The notes below the pieces were generated by a model. The model had not been told where the DNA came from and did no database searches. It saw nothing but the letters and a program-made list of their open reading frames with translations. A stretch of DNA of 55,943 nt, taken from positions 1-55,943 of IMG/VR virus record IMGVR_UViG_3300047399_000091. The stretch is one strand, 5' to 3'. Every line of letters begins with the position of its first letter. Positions within the stretch are counted from its first letter, which is position 1. Below are positions 55,377 through 55,943 of the stretch, piece after piece. This DNA comes from a virus. Taxonomy: Duplodnaviria > Caudoviricetes. A program made the position numbers and the translations under genes.

Positions 55377-55943
55377 ATGGCAGCCCCAATGAGAAGTACG
55401 GATTTTCGCTCGATTGTTGAGCCGATCCTTAATGAAGCGTTTGACGGTGTGTATGATCAGCGAGCTGACGAATGGAGCACTGTGTTCCGTGAGCAAGCTG
55501 GTATCCCGCGTAACTACCACGAAGAACCTGTGCTGTATGGGTTCGGTGCCGCTCCGCAACTGCCGGACGGTTCGCCGGTCACCTATCAGCAAGGTGGCGT
55601 GCTGTTCCTCCAGCGTTACGTTTACCAAGTGTTCGGTTTGGCCTTCGCTCTGACCAAAGTTCTGGTCGAAGACGGTGACCACATCCGCATTGGTCAAGTG
55701 TACGCCAAGCACCTCGCCCAATCTCTGGTCGAGACCAAGGAACTGCTCTGCGCAAACGTGCTGAACCGTGCGTTCAACGGTAGCTACACGGGCGGTGACG
55801 GTGTGCAGCTGAATTCCTCGGCTCACCCGATCGTCAGTGGTACGACGAGCAACCTGCTCACCACCGCTGCAAACCTTTCGCAAACGTCGCTGGAGCAGAT
55901 GCTGATCCAGATCCGCCAAGCTGTTGACAACAACGGCAAGAGG
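55377..55943 (+). CDS. Major capsid protein, N-terminal 189 codons (runs off the end; not in ORF track)
   Basis: AGGAG RBS; MAAPMRSTDFRSIVEPILNEAFDGVY..GGDGVQL..AHP..LSQTSLE, open to window end. Confidence 0.92.
   Translation, partial: MAAPMRSTDFRSIVEPILNEAFDGVYDQRADEWSTVFREQAGIPRNYHEEPVLYGFGAAPQLPDGSPVTYQQGGVLFLQRYVYQVFGLAFALTKVLVEDGDHIRIGQVYAKHLAQSLVETKELLCANVLNRAFNGSYTGGDGVQLNSSAHPIVSGTTSNLLTTAANLSQTSLEQMLIQIRQAVDNNGKR

Noticed and set aside
1-55943. Stop-codon reassignment, tRNAs, integrase/repressor
   Set aside because: Genes tile densely under the standard code using all three stops; no cloverleaf or recombinase motifs were recognised by eye.

Overview
The window is an almost complete, circularly permuted ~56 kb tailed-phage genome with podovirus-like architecture. 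The major capsid gene is split across the two ends, apparently with a short gap. It has three blocks. (1) A + strand morphogenesis block from ~45.7 kb wrapping round to 24.8 kb: terminase, P22-like portal, GroES-like protein, scaffold, capsid, adaptors, Gly/Thr/Ser-rich fibres, holin and GH108 endolysin, nozzle and ejection proteins. (2) A - strand replication block at 24.8-35.1 kb: VRR-NUC-like nuclease, SNF2 helicase, DUF2800, DUF2815 SSB, primpol-helicase, HAD phosphatase, DUF6378/Nmad-like protein, DnaQ and a family-C DnaE polymerase. (3) A + strand early block at 35.2-45.6 kb driven by repeated sigma70-like promoters, with a pyrimidine-dimer glycosylase, DUF932, an FAD oxidoreductase and an atypical ThyX. 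I saw no integrase, repressor, RNA polymerase, tRNA or CRISPR. Best leads: a possible uncharacterised pyrimidine-modification pathway; a recurring (hydrophobic)-K/A-x-GG motif across five virion-module proteins; an H-type pseudoknot in the SSB leader; a 13-copy bidirectional iteron array with a GCGAAGC hairpin; a -1 slippery site in a lysis-region gene; and strong GGCC avoidance with AGCT excess. All family assignments come from motif recognition by eye, not database searches.
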